From Chiloscyllium plagiosum (Eukaryota), in contig NC_057750.1 of assembly GCF_004010195.1 (NCBI RefSeq), positions 14,927,273 to 14,991,272 of the forward strand: a DNA stretch of 64,000 nt, read 5' to 3'. A program made the position numbers and the translations under genes. Positions 12,601 to 25,295 of the stretch are shown here, piece by piece. Every line of letters begins with the position of its first letter. Within the stretch, counting starts at the first letter, position 1. A model generated the notes under the pieces. It saw only the letters and a list, made by a program, of their open reading frames with translations. It was not told the origin of the DNA and did not search any database.

Positions 12601-15043
12601 TTAACACAGAGTAACTCCCTCAGTGATTATACAAGGCTCAGCTAGAATCTGCACCCTCTCTAGGGCAAAAAGACTGTCAAGCTGAGGTCCTTAAGGAGCC
12701 ATTTCCCTGTTGGGCCATGGCTTCACCATATAACCAGGCGATGCCTGGGAATGTGGGAATGGGTCCAGATATAACCACAGCATTTAAAGCTGACAAAGAG
12801 AACAAGGTTAGATAGAAACTGTCGGAATCTCCAAAAAATCAGAGCTGGTGTTATCTGATTGAGATATCCATGTGCTAATTTTTTTTTAGTTCATTCAGGA
12901 TGAGGGCACTGCTGGGTGGGTCAGCATTTATTGCCCATCCCTAATTGCCTAGAGGGCAGTTAAGAGTCAACCACATTGCTGTGGGTCTGGAGTCACATGT
13001 AGGCCAGACCTGGTAAGGATGGTTTTTCCTTCCCCAAAGGACATTAGTGAACCAGATGGGCTTTTCCTAACAATTCAAGGTCATCATTAGATCTTTAATT
13101 CCTGACTTTTTAAAAAATTGAATGCAATTTCTACAATCTGCTGTGTGGCAGAGTTCAAATCCAGTTCCCCAGAACAGAGAGTCATAGAGTCATAGAGATG
13201 TACAGCATGAAAACAGACCCTTCGGTCCAACCCGTCCATGCCGACCAGATATCCCAACCCAATCTAGTCCAACCTGCCAGCACCCAGTCCATATCCCTCC
13301 AAACCCTTCCAATTCATATACCCATCCAGATGCCCCTTAAATGTTGCAACTGTACCAGCCTCCACCACATCCCCGGCAGCTCATTCCATACACGTACCAA
13401 CTTCTGCATGAAAAAGTTGCCCCTTAGGTCTCTTTCCCCTTTCACCCTAAACCTATACCCTTTAGTTCTGGACTCCCCGACCCCAGGGAAATTACTTTGT
13501 CTATTTATCCTATCCATGCCCCTCATAATTTTGTAAACCTCTATAAGGTCACTCCTCAGCTCCCGACACTCCAGGGAAAATAGCCCCAGCCTGTTCAGCC
13601 TCTCCCTGTAGCTCAGATCCTCCAACCCTGGCAACATCCTTGTAAATCTTTTCTGAACCCTTTCAAGTTTCACAACATCTTTATGATTGGAAGGAGACCA
13701 GAATTGCACGCAATACTCCAACAGTGCACTAACCAATGTCCAATTATTCAGAGAAATATATTGAAAATATTCAGAGACTGAGTGAGTCATAAAATGCACA
13801 GACAATGTCATAATTAATAAACTATACCTATTTTTTCTTTGAGTGTAGCTCTCATGACCTGGGTCTCTGCATTAACAATCCAGCAATACCATTGCTGACA
13901 GATAGACTTTTGAAGATTTGCAAGAATTTTGTTGCAAATCTACACTTTAACACGAACACCAGTTTCAACCTTACCCCATCCAGAAATCAACACCCCATCC
14001 CCTTTGCGGAAGGCCCCAGCTGCACAATACAAAGGTCACCCACTTCCAATCAACTCTGCAGCGAAAGGGACCAGCGTTTCTAATTCCAGCCCAGGCCATG
14101 TCAAAGGTCAGGGAGCTCATACCGAGGGTGTAGCGACGAACAGAAGACACCAAGGGTCGACGGATGCTGCGGCAATTGCGAGGGTCAGCTTGCCAGCATG
14201 TTTACACCTCGCCCCACCCCAACCACCCCACCAGTGGCAGTGAGCTGCCCAATCCCACCTTTCCTTTGTAATTCCCCTCCCACCCCCACCACCTCAACCT
14301 CCCAGTGGGCACTGACCTTCTGCCTGTTCCTCTGCCAGAATACATATGTCACCTCCTCTGAGCGCACCATTGGCTGAGGATAGATTTTCAACAGCAAATT
14401 CCAGTTGTCATGGTCAGTTCAGCTTGCAAAGGTATGACACTCACAAACCCAAAATGAGAAAAGTGACTGAAATGAACATTAAAGTTTTACTTTAAACAAT
14501 TTTCACTTCCTACATGGAGGCATCGTTAGCTCGGCTCTGTATTTACTGGCTGTCCCTAGTTGCCTCTTGAGAAGGTGGTGGTGAGCTACCATCTTGTATC
14601 GCTGCAGCTGGTTGACCCACAATGCCAATGGGTATTGCTGCATTTGGACATGGATTGCTTCAGTTTCTGAAGAATCACTGAACATTGTGCAGTCCTCAAT
14701 GAACGCCCTCACCTCTGACCTTATAATGGCGGGAAGGTCATTGATGAAGCAGCTCAACAATGTGGGGCAATGACTGTGGAGAGGGGGCTTTTACAGCAGT
14801 GAGGGAGGCATTTCATATAGTGAGTGGGGCAGTTACTGTGGAGAGGAGGGTCCTTACTGAGTGAGTTGATGAGGTTTAAATCGGGTAAGACTCACCAGCG
14901 AGGGCTTTGATCCTGGATGATTCGAACAATTTGGAGGTGCTGTGTTCCTCTTCCCATTGACTGTCTGAGGTCTCCCATCGACTGCTCACTTTGTATTGTC
15001 GCTGCACCTCCATATTGTCGAGGTCAGTGGCCGTAGATGACAT
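583..15043 (-). CDS. SPTBN4: Beta-spectrin, non-erythrocytic 4 (betaIV-spectrin), 5' portion; join(15043-14896,12162-12011,7899-7726,7216-7125,5522-5442,1571-1456,695-583), continues beyond window start
   Basis: Seven GT-AG exons (148,152,174,92,81,116,113 nt) splice in frame into CH1-CH2 actin-binding domain; [33 protein letters not shown] and [19 protein letters not shown] resemble SPTBN4 more than SPTB/SPTBN1/SPTBN2 (recalled sequences). Confidence 0.9.
762..1278. repeat. 69-bp tandem minisatellite (~7 copies) in SPTBN4 intron
   Basis: TACACTGTCCCCATCAAACACTCCCAGGACAGGGACAGCAC...GTTAGATACAGAGTAAA recurring at 762, 831, 900... Confidence 0.95.
1456..1571 (-). CDS. SPTBN4: SPTBN4 coding exon 6 ([38 protein letters not shown]), CH2
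   Basis: 116 nt, TTTTTTCAG acceptor, G|GTAGA donor. Confidence 0.95.
2251..2290 (+). ncRNA. Degenerate minimal hammerhead ribozyme motif (Penelope-type terminal repeat)
   Basis: CCA-CTGAAGA-T-GTTACC-taatat-GGTAAC-AAAA-CGTC-TGG: stems I and II intact, GAAA mutated to AAAA. Confidence 0.6.
3010..3625 (-). mobile_element. CR1-type LINE RT fragment
   Basis: [20 protein letters not shown]...[15 protein letters not shown]. Confidence 0.85.
5442..5522 (-). CDS. SPTBN4: SPTBN4 coding exon 5 ([27 protein letters not shown]), CH2
   Basis: 81 nt, phase 2/2, canonical splice sites. Confidence 0.95.
7125..7216 (-). CDS. SPTBN4: SPTBN4 coding exon 4 ([31 protein letters not shown])
   Basis: 92 nt, AG/GTGAG boundaries, [13 protein letters not shown]2 start; missed by ORF track. 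Confidence 0.95.
7726..7899 (-). CDS. SPTBN4: SPTBN4 coding exon 3 ([20 protein letters not shown]...WTIILRFQ), CH1
   Basis: TAG|CCC acceptor, CAG|GTAAC donor, 174 nt. Confidence 0.95.
9340..11875 (+). mobile_element. Long degenerate CR1/HER1-type LINE ORF2 through 3' end
   Basis: Frameshifted EN/RT motifs ([30 protein letters not shown]) and CR1-type C-terminus/3' tail. Confidence 0.8.
10514..10710. mobile_element. Palindromic Penelope-type terminal-repeat insertion
   Basis: ~80-bp inverted arms centred on TTCATGAA; TSD GAGATTATGAA at 10503-10513 and 10711-10721; partial hammerhead core ...GCTCC-GAAAGCTA-GTG. Confidence 0.75.
12011..12162 (-). CDS. SPTBN4: SPTBN4 coding exon 2 ([21 protein letters not shown]...LSGEQL), CH1
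   Basis: AG/GT boundaries, 152 nt, QKKTFTKW motif. Confidence 0.95.
12304..12403. other. Assembly gap (100 N) within GA-rich low-complexity tract
   Basis: Run of Ns flanked by purine-rich repeats 12170-12560. Confidence 0.99.
13178..13742 (-). mobile_element. CR1/HER1-type LINE 3' end
   Basis: [10 protein letters not shown]...[15 protein letters not shown]...[11 protein letters not shown]; (ATGACTCT)n-like tail. Confidence 0.9.
14896..15043 (-). CDS. SPTBN4: SPTBN4 first coding exon ([49 protein letters not shown])
   Basis: ATG at 15043; acceptor poly-T+CAG at 15097-15099 (exon starts 15096 with 5'UTR); donor G|GTGAG at 14895; LFE.SRIKALA motif; missed by ORF track. Confidence 0.93.
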
Positions 15044-15499
15044 GGTGTCAAGGTTCAGAGGTCAGATGTCTTGGGTAAAAGTGGGAAGCTTGAAATCTGA
15101 AAAAAAAACGAAGGCACTGTTATGCCACGTAGATATTTTCTATATCGACCTGTCCAGGGATGTTATTCCACACATCTGGAACTGATGGGACTCAATCTGG
15201 ATTCCTGTCTCAGAGCAAGAGACATTACCACTGCACCATAAAAGGCCCACCACTTGTGCTCTTTAACCATGGTAACAAATGAGAAAAGAACAACTACAAT
15301 AAAACAATAACTGCAAACTCACTGTACCTGAGACAACCCAGCTGCTCACGGATGATGGCTGAGGGTTGGTGGTAACATCATGAGACTAGGACCCCACAGG
15401 CCCCAGGCCATGAGTTCAAATCCCATCAGGTCAGCTACTGGAATTTAAATCCAATTCATAAAATCTCTGTGATGGTAACCATGGCAACTACATTTGAAA

Positions 15500-17205
15500 A
15501 TATATGGATTGATTAGCAATACACTGCATGGTGTTGTGCAGGTCATGTCTCATAAACTTGATTGGGTTTTTTTGAAGTAGACATTCCTGATGAAGGGCTT
15601 GTGCCTGAAACGTCGATTCTCCTGCTCCTCGGATGCTGCCTGCTTTTCCAGCGTCACACTCTCGACTCTGATCTCCAGCAGCTGCAGTCCTCACTTCCTC
15701 CTTTTTTTGAAGTAGTGACAAATGATTGATGAGGGCAGGGTGGTAGATGTTATCTACATGGACTTTAGCAAGGCCTTTGACAAGGTCCTTCATGGCAGGC
15801 TGATACAGAAGGTGAAGTCACATGGGATCCACAGTGAGCAGGTAAGATGGATTCAGTCAAAGAAGGCTGAGAGTAGTGATAGAAGGGTGTTTTTTCAAAA
15901 TGGAGAACTGTGACCAGTGGTACTCTGCAGGAATCAGTGCTGGAACACACACACCACCGCCCCCCCACCCACCTTGTTTATAATATATATACATTGGTTC
16001 TATGTATTAGTCTGAGGTAAACGTACAGCAGTAGGGGAATGGGTCTGGGTGGGTTACTCTTTGGAGGGTCGGTGTTGGACTTGTCGGGCCGACGGGCCTG
16101 TTTCCACACAGTAGGGCTTCTATATCTATATCGTATATAAATATATATGTATATAATATATATAAATGATTTGGATGAGAAGGTAGGTGGTCTGATCAGT
16201 AAGTCTGTGGATGACACAAAGACTGGGGAAAGCAGTGGACAGTGAGGAGGATACAGCAGGATATAAATTAGGCTGGTGTCTTGGGCAGCGAAATGGCAGA
16301 TGAAACTTAGTCTGGACAAACGCATGGTGGTGTATTTTGGAAGGTTTATTGCAGGAGGGAAGTGTACAGTAAATGGCAGAACCCTTAGTAGCGTTAACAT
16401 ACAGTGGGATCTAAACATACAGGTCTACAGTTCCCTAAAAATGGCAACACAAGTGGGTAAGGTGGTCAAGAAGGCATAAGGCATGTTTGCCCTCATTGTT
16501 TGGGTCACAGAGTATAAAAATTGGCAAGTCATGTTGCATTTGTATAGAACGTTAGTGAGGCCACATTTGGAATATAGAGGAACCTCGATTATCCGGCATT
16601 CAATTATCCAAATATCCGGCAAGATCACAAGGTCCCGATGTTCGGCTAAACTATATTATCCAGCAATCAGTTATCCGGAATTCGGTTAACCGAATGAAAT
16701 ACTGCTCGCCCGTGTCTTTCAGATAATTGAGGTTCCTCTGTATTGTGTACAGTTCCAGTCACCACACTACCAGAAGGATGTGGAGGCTTTGGAGAGGGCG
16801 CAGAAACTGTTTACCAGGATGTTGCCCGTTTGGAGGATATTAACTATGAGGAGAGATTGGACAAACCTCGTTTTTGTTTTCACTCGAACGTCGAAGGATG
16901 AGGGGCGAGCTGATGGAAAGTTACAAGATTATCAGAGGCATGGATAGTTGAAGACATTTTCCCCAGGGTGGAAATGTCAATTATAGGGGACTGAGGTTTA
17001 ACATAAAAGTTTAATGGAGGTGTGAGAAGCAAAATTTGTTACACAAAGAGTGATATCTGCGGAGGATGTGGTGGAAGCAGAGGCATCTTGACAGAAAAAT
17101 GAACAGGGAGGGAATAGAGGGATATGACAATGTCAAGAGGTTTTCAGTTTAGAAAGGCTAGGTGGGCTGAAAGGCCTGTTCCCATGCTGCACTGTTCTGT
17201 GTTCT
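15500..17205 (+). mobile_element. CR1-type LINE RT fragment interrupted by nested insertions
   Basis: DEGRVVDVIYMDFSKAFDKVLHGRL; LYRTLVRPHLEY. Confidence 0.8.
16575..16740. mobile_element. Tc1/mariner (pogo/Tigger-like) MITE inserted into CR1
   Basis: TIRs AGAGGAACCTCGATTATCCG / CAGATAATTGAGGTTCCTCTG, TA duplication, splits LEY|CVQF. Confidence 0.8.
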
Positions 17206-17589
17206 TTGTTCCATCGATTGTTGTAAAGTCCCATTGGGCACACTAATGCCCTACAGGGAAGGAAATTGGTCATCCTTATCCATTCCTGATAGATAGCCTC
17301 ATTCCTGATGGAGGGCTTATGCCTGAAACACTGATTCTCCTGCTCCTCGTTTGACCTGCTGTACTTTTCCAGCACCGCACTCTCGACATGCTTATCCAGT
17401 ACTGATACCCGGTGGAGTCAAACTGGGGAGGATCGGCAAAGCAGAGATCTTCGTGGATAGCACAATCAGCGAGTTGGTCTGACTGCAGAGGCAGAAATGA
17501 AACAGGTGATCAATAGACACCAAAAAATCACCCGGTGGGAAGACCCATGGGGCCATTCCTCCTGACTAACACAGTCAAAACAGAGCAGG

Positions 17590-18400
17590 AGTGATAGGAG
17601 ATTCACTTGTGAGGGGAACAGACAGAGGTTTCTGTGATCGCAGGTTATTTTATGTTACGATGGTAGGGTCAAAGCTATCATTGAGCAGCTACAGGACATT
17701 CTGAAAGAGGAGGAAGTACTGCCAGAGGTCATGGCCCATGTTGGTACCAGCACACACCTAAATATAGGGATGAGCTGCTGTAAACAGAATAGAGAAAGCT
17801 TGGATATAAATTACAAAGCAGGGCCTCAAAGGCAGTCATCTCAGAGTTACTCCCAGTGCCACGTTCTAGCCTGATCAGGAATAGTCTTGTTGAAGGTGTG
17901 GCTTTAGGGAAGGTTTAAAAGGGAGGCATTTTAAATTCTTGAGGCAATGGGACTGATTCTGGGGAAGATAGGTTCTGTCCAAGCTGGAGGGGTTGCACCT
18001 TGCAGGGGCGTTTGTTTGTACCGTGGAGTGGGAGAAGGTTTTAACTACAGTGTCATCGGGAGGCGAGAGTGAGGGAAACAAGAATGGAATTGAAAAAGAG
18101 AAAGCAAAAGTGGAAAACGGAGGAAACAACAGCAGACAGGCACAAGGTACAAAGGAAGAGGAAACATTTTTAAAAAGTCAAGTCTGAAACTACTAAATCT
18201 GAATGCACAGAGGATTCACAACAACATAGACAAATTGACAGTGCAAATGGTTGTAAATGAGTACAAAATCACTGCGATTACAGAGACAGAGATGCAGGGA
18301 AAGACTAAGAACTGAGCATCAAAAGGATATTCAATCCTTCAGAAGAAGTAACAATAAGTAGGAGGTGGGATGCTCCTGCTGGTGAAAGATGGTGAAGCAG
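17590..18400 (+). mobile_element. CR1 5' remnant: ORF1 esterase (SGNH) and start of APE endonuclease
   Basis: VIGDSLVRGTDRGFC at ~17592; LNA...ITAITET at ~18200-18290. Confidence 0.7.
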
Positions 18401-20079
18401 AGTGCTTTCTGGGATGGCAGGTTTGTCCCATGAGGAGAGGATGGGTTTCTGTTCTCATTGGAATTAAGAAGGCTAAGAGGGGATTTGATTGAGACATACA
18501 AGATGATCAGAGGATTAGATAGGGTAGACAGTGAAAGTGTTTTTCCTAGGATAATGACGTCAGCTTGTACAAGGGAGTATAACTACAAATTGAGGGGTGA
18601 TAGATTTAAGACAGATGTCAGAGGCAGGTTCTTTACTCAGAGGGTAATAAGGGCGTGGAATGCCCTACCTGCCAATGTAGTTAACTTCGCCAAATTAGGG
18701 AGATTTAATCAATCCTCGGATAAGCACATGGATGATGATGGGATAGTGTAGGGGGAACGAGCTGAGAATAGTTCACAGGTCGGCACAACATCGAGGGCCG
18801 AAAGGTCTGTTCTGCGCTGTATTGTTCGATGTTCTATACTCCCCCCTGGCTGAGGGTCCAGAACAAGGGATCACAGACTCAGAATATATAATCAGCCATA
18901 TTGGACTGAGATGAGGAGAAAAATCATCACTCAGAGTGTGGTGTCCCTGTGGAATTCTCTACTGCAGAAAGCTGTACAGGCCAGGTTACTCGATAAATTT
19001 CTGAATTAAACAGACAGATATCTAGAAGCTAAAAGCATCGACATGTATGAGGAGAACAAGAACATGGCATCGAGGTAGAGGTTCGATGGGCCAAATGGCC
19101 TACTCCTGCTCCTAATTTCCTTCCCTAAAGGATATTAGTGACTTCAATGGGGTTTTATAATAATCAAGGATAGCTTCATGGTTACCATCACTGAGATTTG
19201 CTTTTCTGATTAATTACTTGAATATAAATTCCACTAGCAACACTGAACAAACCCAGTATAAAATATTATGACAGGACATTTCTCACCAATGCTCAGAGCT
19301 ACCACAATCTGTTCTACAGGTTGCAATCCAGACCCAACAAACTCCATGACCAACTCTGATTGGGCACATTCCTGAAAGTTTAATCACATGACATCTTTGC
19401 AAGTGATGCTTAGTCATGTGACATCTGAACACATGACTTTTACAATTGCAACTGTGTTTCCCAAAGAAAGTTTGACTGGTAGGTAGTCTTTACTTCTGGT
19501 TTCATACTGCTGTACACTAAATTCCAGAACAAGGTAGGTTCCTGTGAGTAAGTTTTATGGGGGAGGAAGGGAGGGGAGAAGAAGGGTAGCATATTGAAGC
19601 TGCAATGATTTGACTTTGTAGTGCTTAATGGTAACTTAGTGAAGTTGGTTGTGAATTTCTCAGGAGTGCCCTAGAGTTGTGAGTTAATCTCCAGGACACT
19701 GCTTCAGTTTTGCTGCACCCTTTGGCTCGAAGATGGCTACCAACTGGGGGAGGGAAGTTGATGGTCAAAAGACATCCCGTGAGATAAATCTCTTCAGAGT
19801 GTGGCCCTGAGAATGGGAAGTGTGTGAGAAAGGGCAGGAGAGGTACGTGGGCATTGAAAAACACATCCAGCACAAGTTGGTAAACCCACTTTGGAACCAG
19901 TGACAAATCGTAAAATGGCAGCATTCAAATATTCTCAGAACAGACAGTAATACAATGACTTACTGTTTACAGCTAAAGGGTATAACACCCTGATATCCTG
20001 CCTGTAATCATTCAATAACCCAGAACCCCAAAAGGTGCTGTTTGAATCTCTCTCTGGTGACAAGAAAGGTGGGATATCA

Positions 20080-22715
20080 TAGTATCATACAGCCCCTTCG
20101 GTTCAACCAGGCCACGCCAACCATGTTTCTCCAAAGTTAGCTACACCTGCCTACATCTGACCCATATCCCTCCAAACCTCTCCTATCCATGAACCTATCC
20201 AAATGTCTTTTAAATGTTGTAACTGTACCTGCATCTACCACTTCCTCTGGCAGTTCATTTCACAAACTAACCACCTTCTGTGTGAAACATTTACCCCTCT
20301 GGTCCCTTTTTAAATCTTTCTGCTCTAACCTTAAACCCATGTCCTCTAGTTTTGAACTCCTCTACACTGTGGGAAAAGACCTTGGCTATTCACCTTATCT
20401 ATACCCCTCATGATTTTATAAACCTCTATAAGGTAACCCCTCAACCTCCTACATTCCAGTAAAAGTGTCCCTTAACTCAAAACCTCCAATCCGAGCAACG
20501 TCCTTGTAAATTTCTTCTGAACACTCGCCAATTTATTAATCACCTTCCTATAGCAGGGTGACCAGAACTGGAACGGTACTCCAGAAGAGGCCTCACCAAC
20601 ATCCTGTACAACCCCAGCACTACGTCCCAAATCCCAGACTCAAAGATCTGAGCAATGAAGGCAAGCATGCTAAACACCTCCTTAACCAGCCAGTCTACCT
20701 GTGACACAATTTCAAAGAATTGAGTACCTGAACCCCGAGGTGTCTCTGTTTGATAACACTCCCATGGGCCCTACCATTAATTGTATAAGTTCTGCCCTTG
20801 TTCGTTTAACCAAAATGCAATACCTCACATTTATCCAAACTGAATTCCATCTGCCACTCCTCAGCCCATTGGCCCAGTTGATCAAGATCTCTTCATAATC
20901 TTTAATGACCACCTTTACTTTCCACTATGCAGCCGATTTTGACATCATCTGCAAACTTACTAACCAGGCCTCCTAAATTCTCATCCAAATTGTTTATATA
21001 AATGACACACAACAATGGATCCAGCACCAATCCCTGCAGAACCCCACTGGTCACAGGCCTCCAATCCGAGAAACAACACTCCACCCCATCAACCTCTGTC
21101 TCCTCGAGTCAAGCCAATTTTGTATTCAATTGGTAAGCTCTCTCTGGAACCCATGTGATCTAACTTCACTAACCAATTTACCATGCGGAACCTTGTCAAA
21201 AGCTTCACTAATGTCCATGTAAACAACGTCTGCAGCACTGCCCTCATTTGTCGTTTTGGTCACACCCTCAAAACTCAATCAAGTTTGTGAGACATGGCTT
21301 CCCACACACAAAGCCATGCTGACTATTGCTAATCAGTCCTTGCCCCTCCAAATGCATGCAAACCTTATCTCTCAGAGTCACTTACAACAACTTACCCACC
21401 ACTGAGGTCAGACTCACTAGTCTATAGTTCCCAGGATCCTCCTCCTCAGATATTTTAAAATAAAGACACAACGTTAGCCACTCTCCAGTCTTCTGGCACC
21501 TCAACCATGCCTGTCGATATAAATATTTCTGGTATGGGCCCCTCAGTTTCTTTGAGAGAAAGTGAGGGCTACAGATGCTGGAGATAAGAAGAGCTTATGC
21601 CCAAAACATCGATTCTCCTGTTCCTTGGATGCTGCCTGACCTGCGCTTTTCCACCCTCAGTTTCTTCCCTAGCTTCCCATATAGTCCTAGGGTACATTTG
21701 GTCAGGTCCTGGAGATCTATCCACCTTAATGTTTTTTAAGACCTCCAGCATGCCCTGTTCTGTAATGTGGACTGTTTTCAAGACATCAGTATTTATTTCC
21801 CTGAGTCCCTAGCCTCCATGTCTTTCTCCACAGTAACTACGTAAAATACTTGTTTAGTATCTCTCCTATCTCCTGTGGTTCCACACACACATGACCTCGT
21901 TAATCTTTAAGGGGCCCTAAATGCAGCTTTCTTCTGAATGTACTTCTAGAGTATCTTTGGATTAAGTGTGGTGCTGGAAAAGCTAAGCAGGTCAAGCAGC
22001 ATCCGAGGAGCAGGAAAATCAACGTTTCAGGCAAAAGCCCTTCGTCAGGAATGGAGGCGGGAAGCCTCCAGGGTGGAGAGATAAATGGGGGGAGGGGTGG
22101 TGCTGGGGCTGGGGTGCTGAGTACAATAGGTGAATGGGGTTGGGGATGGAGATGATGGGTCAGAGAGGAGGGTGGAGTGGATAGGTGGGAAAGGAGATAG
22201 GCAGGTAGGACAGGTCATGGGGGACAGTGCTGAGCTGGAAGTTTGGAACTGGGGTGAGGTGGGGGAAGGGGAAATGAGGAAACTGTTGAAGTCCACATTG
22301 ATGCCCTGGGGTTGAAGTGTTCCAAGGCGGAAGATGAGGCGTTCTTCCTCCAGGCGTTGGGTGGTGAGGGAGTGGCGATGGAGGAGACCCAGGACCTGCA
22401 TGTCCTCGGCAGAGTGGGAGGGGGAGTTGAAATGTTGGGCCACGGGCCAGTGGGGTTGATTGGTGCGGGTATCCCGGAGATGTTCCCTGAAGCGCTCTGC
22501 TAGGAGGCGTCAACATCTGCAGTCCTCACTTTTGCCTATCTTTGGATTATCTTAACCTGATATTGCCAAGGCTATCCTAATCCCCTTTTTGCCTTCCTGA
22601 TTTCTATCTTAAGAATGTCCCTATACCCACTTGATTCACTTGATCCCAGTTGTCTATACCTGCTGCATGCCTCCTCCTCCTTGACCAGAGCCTCAATATC
22701 TTCATTCATCCTCAC
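20080..22715 (-). mobile_element. Long degenerate CR1-type LINE ORF2 with nested Penelope insertions
   Basis: DWRPVTSGVLQGLVLDPLL..IYIN..SKFADD; KVDRSPGPDQMYPR. Confidence 0.85.
21965..22535 (-). mobile_element. 5'-truncated Penelope-like element: GIY-YIG endonuclease C-terminus plus terminal repeat with hammerhead motif
   Basis: QHFNSPSHS...RLEEERLIFRLGTLQPQGINVDF; CTGACGA-A-GGGC-TTTT-GCCT-GAAACGTT at 22048-22021; TSD TATCTTTGGATTA at 21952 and 22536. Confidence 0.88.
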
Positions 22716-23774
22716 TGAAGTCTCACTTTCATGGGTGAGATTGGAGAAGGGAGAGTGGTAGCTGAGATTCTCAAAATCATCAATGGCCTGGACCCTGGAG
22801 ATGCTGAAAAACTGAGGGCACCAGCTTTAAAGTGAATGATGAAAATGTAATAAAAACAAACAGGAGTTGCTGGAAAAACTTTGCAGGTCTGTGGAGAGAG
22901 AGAGCAGAGTTAATGTTTTGGGTCCAGTGACCCTTCTTCAAAATGTTAACTGTTTCTCTCTCCATGGACGCCGCCAGACCTCCTGAGTTTTTCCAGCAAT
23001 TTATGTTTGATTTTCAGCATCCGCAATTCTTTGGTTTGTTTTTTTCTTTGACAAAAGATGCAAACTTTGTTCGCAAACTCAAGTTCAGTGACTGTCTTCA
23101 GTCAGGGAGCAGGTAGTTGTGTGGAAAGATGCAGGGTTAGTGGGAAAAGGAGGGTCGTGGGCACTCATGGAGTTACTCTGACAGAGAGCCAAGACACACA
23201 CAATGGGCCGAATGGCCTCTTTCTGCACAGTGATTAGTCGATCTGACACCCAGGTGCCCTGTCTCTCCTGAAGTCTGACGCTATCATCCTTGCTGTTTGC
23301 CAGGTTATGGATTTTTTTAAATTATTGCTTGCAAATCTGGGAATGAAACACACGGGTGTACGAGACAGCAGCCCAGTCTAACACACACACACACACAAAG
23401 GGAAGGCACGCTATGCCATTCTGAGCAGCTATATAAGGGGCTGATCGCCACAGACTCCCTCACAGTGACACCGTTTGAGTAAACCTCATTGGCACCAGAC
23501 CTCGGGCCTGTCATCCTTTGTAAAGTATGGTGCCCACAAACCTCCACAGACCAGCTGAGGCCTATCCAGGGATGTCTGAAGGGTCAGCACAACTTGCCTG
23601 CTTTCATATTCCTGCAGTCCCCTCTCTCCTTCGCCCAGCTTCCCCAACCCCCACTTCCCACCAACCCAACACCCCCAAAAGAAAAACATAATACAACCTT
23701 GGCTGCAGAGACTGTGGAAATCTGAAATCTCCGAATGCAGCAGGGAGATTGAAGTTTTTACAATTGGGACTTAC

Positions 23775-24300
23775 CGAAGGGGAGGGGAGGGGAGGGGGGC
23801 TATATATTGGGGTGGATGCAGGCTGGAGGGGCTGAATGGTCCCAGCGTTCATTCAAACGAAAGGATTTTTTGTTTGTTAGAGGCAGGGGTCTGGGGAGGG
23901 GATTGCTGCTGCAGGAGCTGGGATATGCACTGACCAGCAATGGACATCGAGCTGCAAGCGGCGGAGGGACTCACCCAGAGAGAGAGAGAGAGAGAGAGGG
24001 GAGGTGGTAGTGCCTGGTGTCCGGGGGATAGTGGGGCTTCTGCTCCTGCTGCTCCCTGCGCGATGTGGCTGCGGAGCCTGGCTGAGAGATCCAGACAGAC
24101 ACGGGATGGAGGGAGAGAGGCAGACAGAGACCCGCCTCCCGCAGCATCAGCAGCACTCTCTCCCAGTCGGTATAAAAGGGGGTGGCAATCGCAGCGGAAC
24201 AGGCGAGGAGTTGCATTGATGTAGCGCCTCCCGAAGCTTTTGCCGGCCGGAGTTTTTGGAACTCGATCTCCCCTCGGCTCGGACAGCAAGGAAACAGACC
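23775..24300 (-). promoter_or_regulatory. CpG-rich promoter / probable non-coding first exon of SPTBN4
   Basis: Most CpG-dense unique segment upstream of ATG exon; minus-strand donor TCG|GTAAGT at 23774; plus-strand TATAAAAG at 24171. Confidence 0.5.
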
Positions 24301-24319
24301 CTCGAGTCCATCTCGTTCC

Positions 24320-24990
24320 AGCTTGCTTAAATTATACAAGTCCCCGTGTTGCCAGCACTTGGCCCATGCCCCCTCAAACCCTTCCTATCCATCTACCCTT
24401 TTTAACTGCTGTAATTGGACCAGCCTCCCCACCACTTCCTCTGCCAGCTCGTTCCACCCTCTGTGAAAACGTTGCCCCTTCAGATCCTTTTTAAATCTTC
24501 CCCCTCTCAGCTTCAACCTATACCCTCTAGTTTTGCACTCCCCCCACCCTGGGGATAAAGATCTTGTCTGTTTACCCTATCCATGTCCCTCGATTATTTT
24601 ATTCAACTCCATAAGGTCACCCCTCAGCCTCCCACAGCCCCAGCCTGTTCAGCCTCTCCCTATAGCTCAAACCCTCCAGCCCCGGCAACATCCTTGCAAA
24701 TCTTATCTGAACCTTTTCAAGTTTTGTAACACCTTTCCTATAACAGGGAGGCCAGAATTGAATGTAGTATTCCAAAAGTGGCCTAACCAATGTCCTGTAC
24801 AGCCTCAACATGACCTCCCAACTCCTTTACCCAATGCGCTGACCAATAAAGGCAAGTTGTATCAAATACCACCTTCACCACTCTATCTACCTGCGACTCC
24901 ACTTTCAAGGAGCTATGCACCTACACCCCGAGGTCTCTTTATTTGGCAACACTCCTCAGGGCCCTACCATTAAGTGTGTAAGTCCTGTCC
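24320..24990 (-). mobile_element. CR1-type LINE 3' fragment
   Basis: LYRTLVRPLLEYYIQFW...[20 protein letters not shown]. Confidence 0.85.
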
Positions 24991-25295
24991 TTAACAGCAA
25001 TGTGGATCGTCCTACACAGAAAGAAGGAGCAAGAGTTGGCCATTCGGCCCTTCAAACCTGCTCCACCATGCAATATGATCCTGGCTGACCATCCAACTCT
25101 GTTCTCGCGTTCTCCCCCCATACGCTTTGATCTCTGTCGCCCTACTGTCCTCCTCCAAAACATTGTTTTGGATTCAGCCACTTCCTGTGGCAGGGAATTC
25201 CGCAGGCTCCCCACTATCTGGGTGAAGACATTTTTTCCTCATCTCAGTCCTACCTGGAGTCACAGATAGATAGGGTGGTGAAGGTGGTATTTGAT

